A DNA stretch of 60,225 nucleotides, filler included, from Basidioascus undulatus (lineage: Eukaryota), in the NCBI GenBank assembly GCA_000826855.1. It is 4 parts of 4 records of this genome, joined end to end, with 100 filler letters (N's around TTAATTAATTAA, not from the genome) between each part and the next. Parts side by side here need not be neighbours in the genome. Positions count along the whole stretch, not along the records: positions 30,291 to 60,225 come from JTLS01000119.1; 3 more parts are not named here. One strand, given 5' to 3'. Below are positions 60,193 through 60,225 of this stretch, in pieces. Made by a program: the position numbers and the translations under genes. The notes beneath the pieces are model-generated. The model had not been told where the DNA came from. It saw only the letters and a program-made list of their open reading frames with translations, and did no database searches. Within the stretch, counting starts at the first letter, position 1, and each line of letters starts with the position of its first letter.

Positions 60193-60225
<33 letters not shown>
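60193..60225. repeat. (TC)n microsatellite running to the window end
   Basis: Perfect TC dinucleotide run. Confidence 0.95.

Overview
Intron-rich, GC-rich fungal genomic DNA. It is a basidiomycete by inference: it carries an Rrm4 with three MLLE domains, a basidiomycete-type listerin N-terminus and frequent GTGCGT intron donors. The window is not one contiguous locus. Three artificial 100-nt spacers (N44-TTAATTAATTAA-N44) at 10010, 20085 and 30191 join four assembly pieces. Recognisable genes: an insulin-degrading enzyme/Ste23 (M16A) peptidase, a coiled-coil protein, a PMP22/Mpv17 protein, a DHA1 MFS transporter, the 3' half of rrm4, a Pmu1-like histidine phosphatase, an HPP-family protein, the 5' end of probable listerin, an ACS-family MFS transporter with a decayed paralog and a duplicated 3' end, a glyoxylate/hydroxypyruvate reductase, an intron-containing tRNA-Gly(GCC), NOP56, VNX1 and a MARVEL-like protein. 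Most notable: (1) a single-exon gene for a secreted prepro-peptide, with a signal peptide, two acidic segments each ending D-L-x-A-R, and a 58-aa Pro/Tyr/Arg-rich C-terminal peptide; (2) two adjacent, clearly homologous introns in the DHA1 gene, suggesting recent intron copying; (3) an IDE with an upstream mitochondrial-presequence-like exon and a C-terminal SKL; (4) a tRNA intron of only 7 nt. All gene models were spliced by eye and all family assignments come from motif recognition, not database searches.
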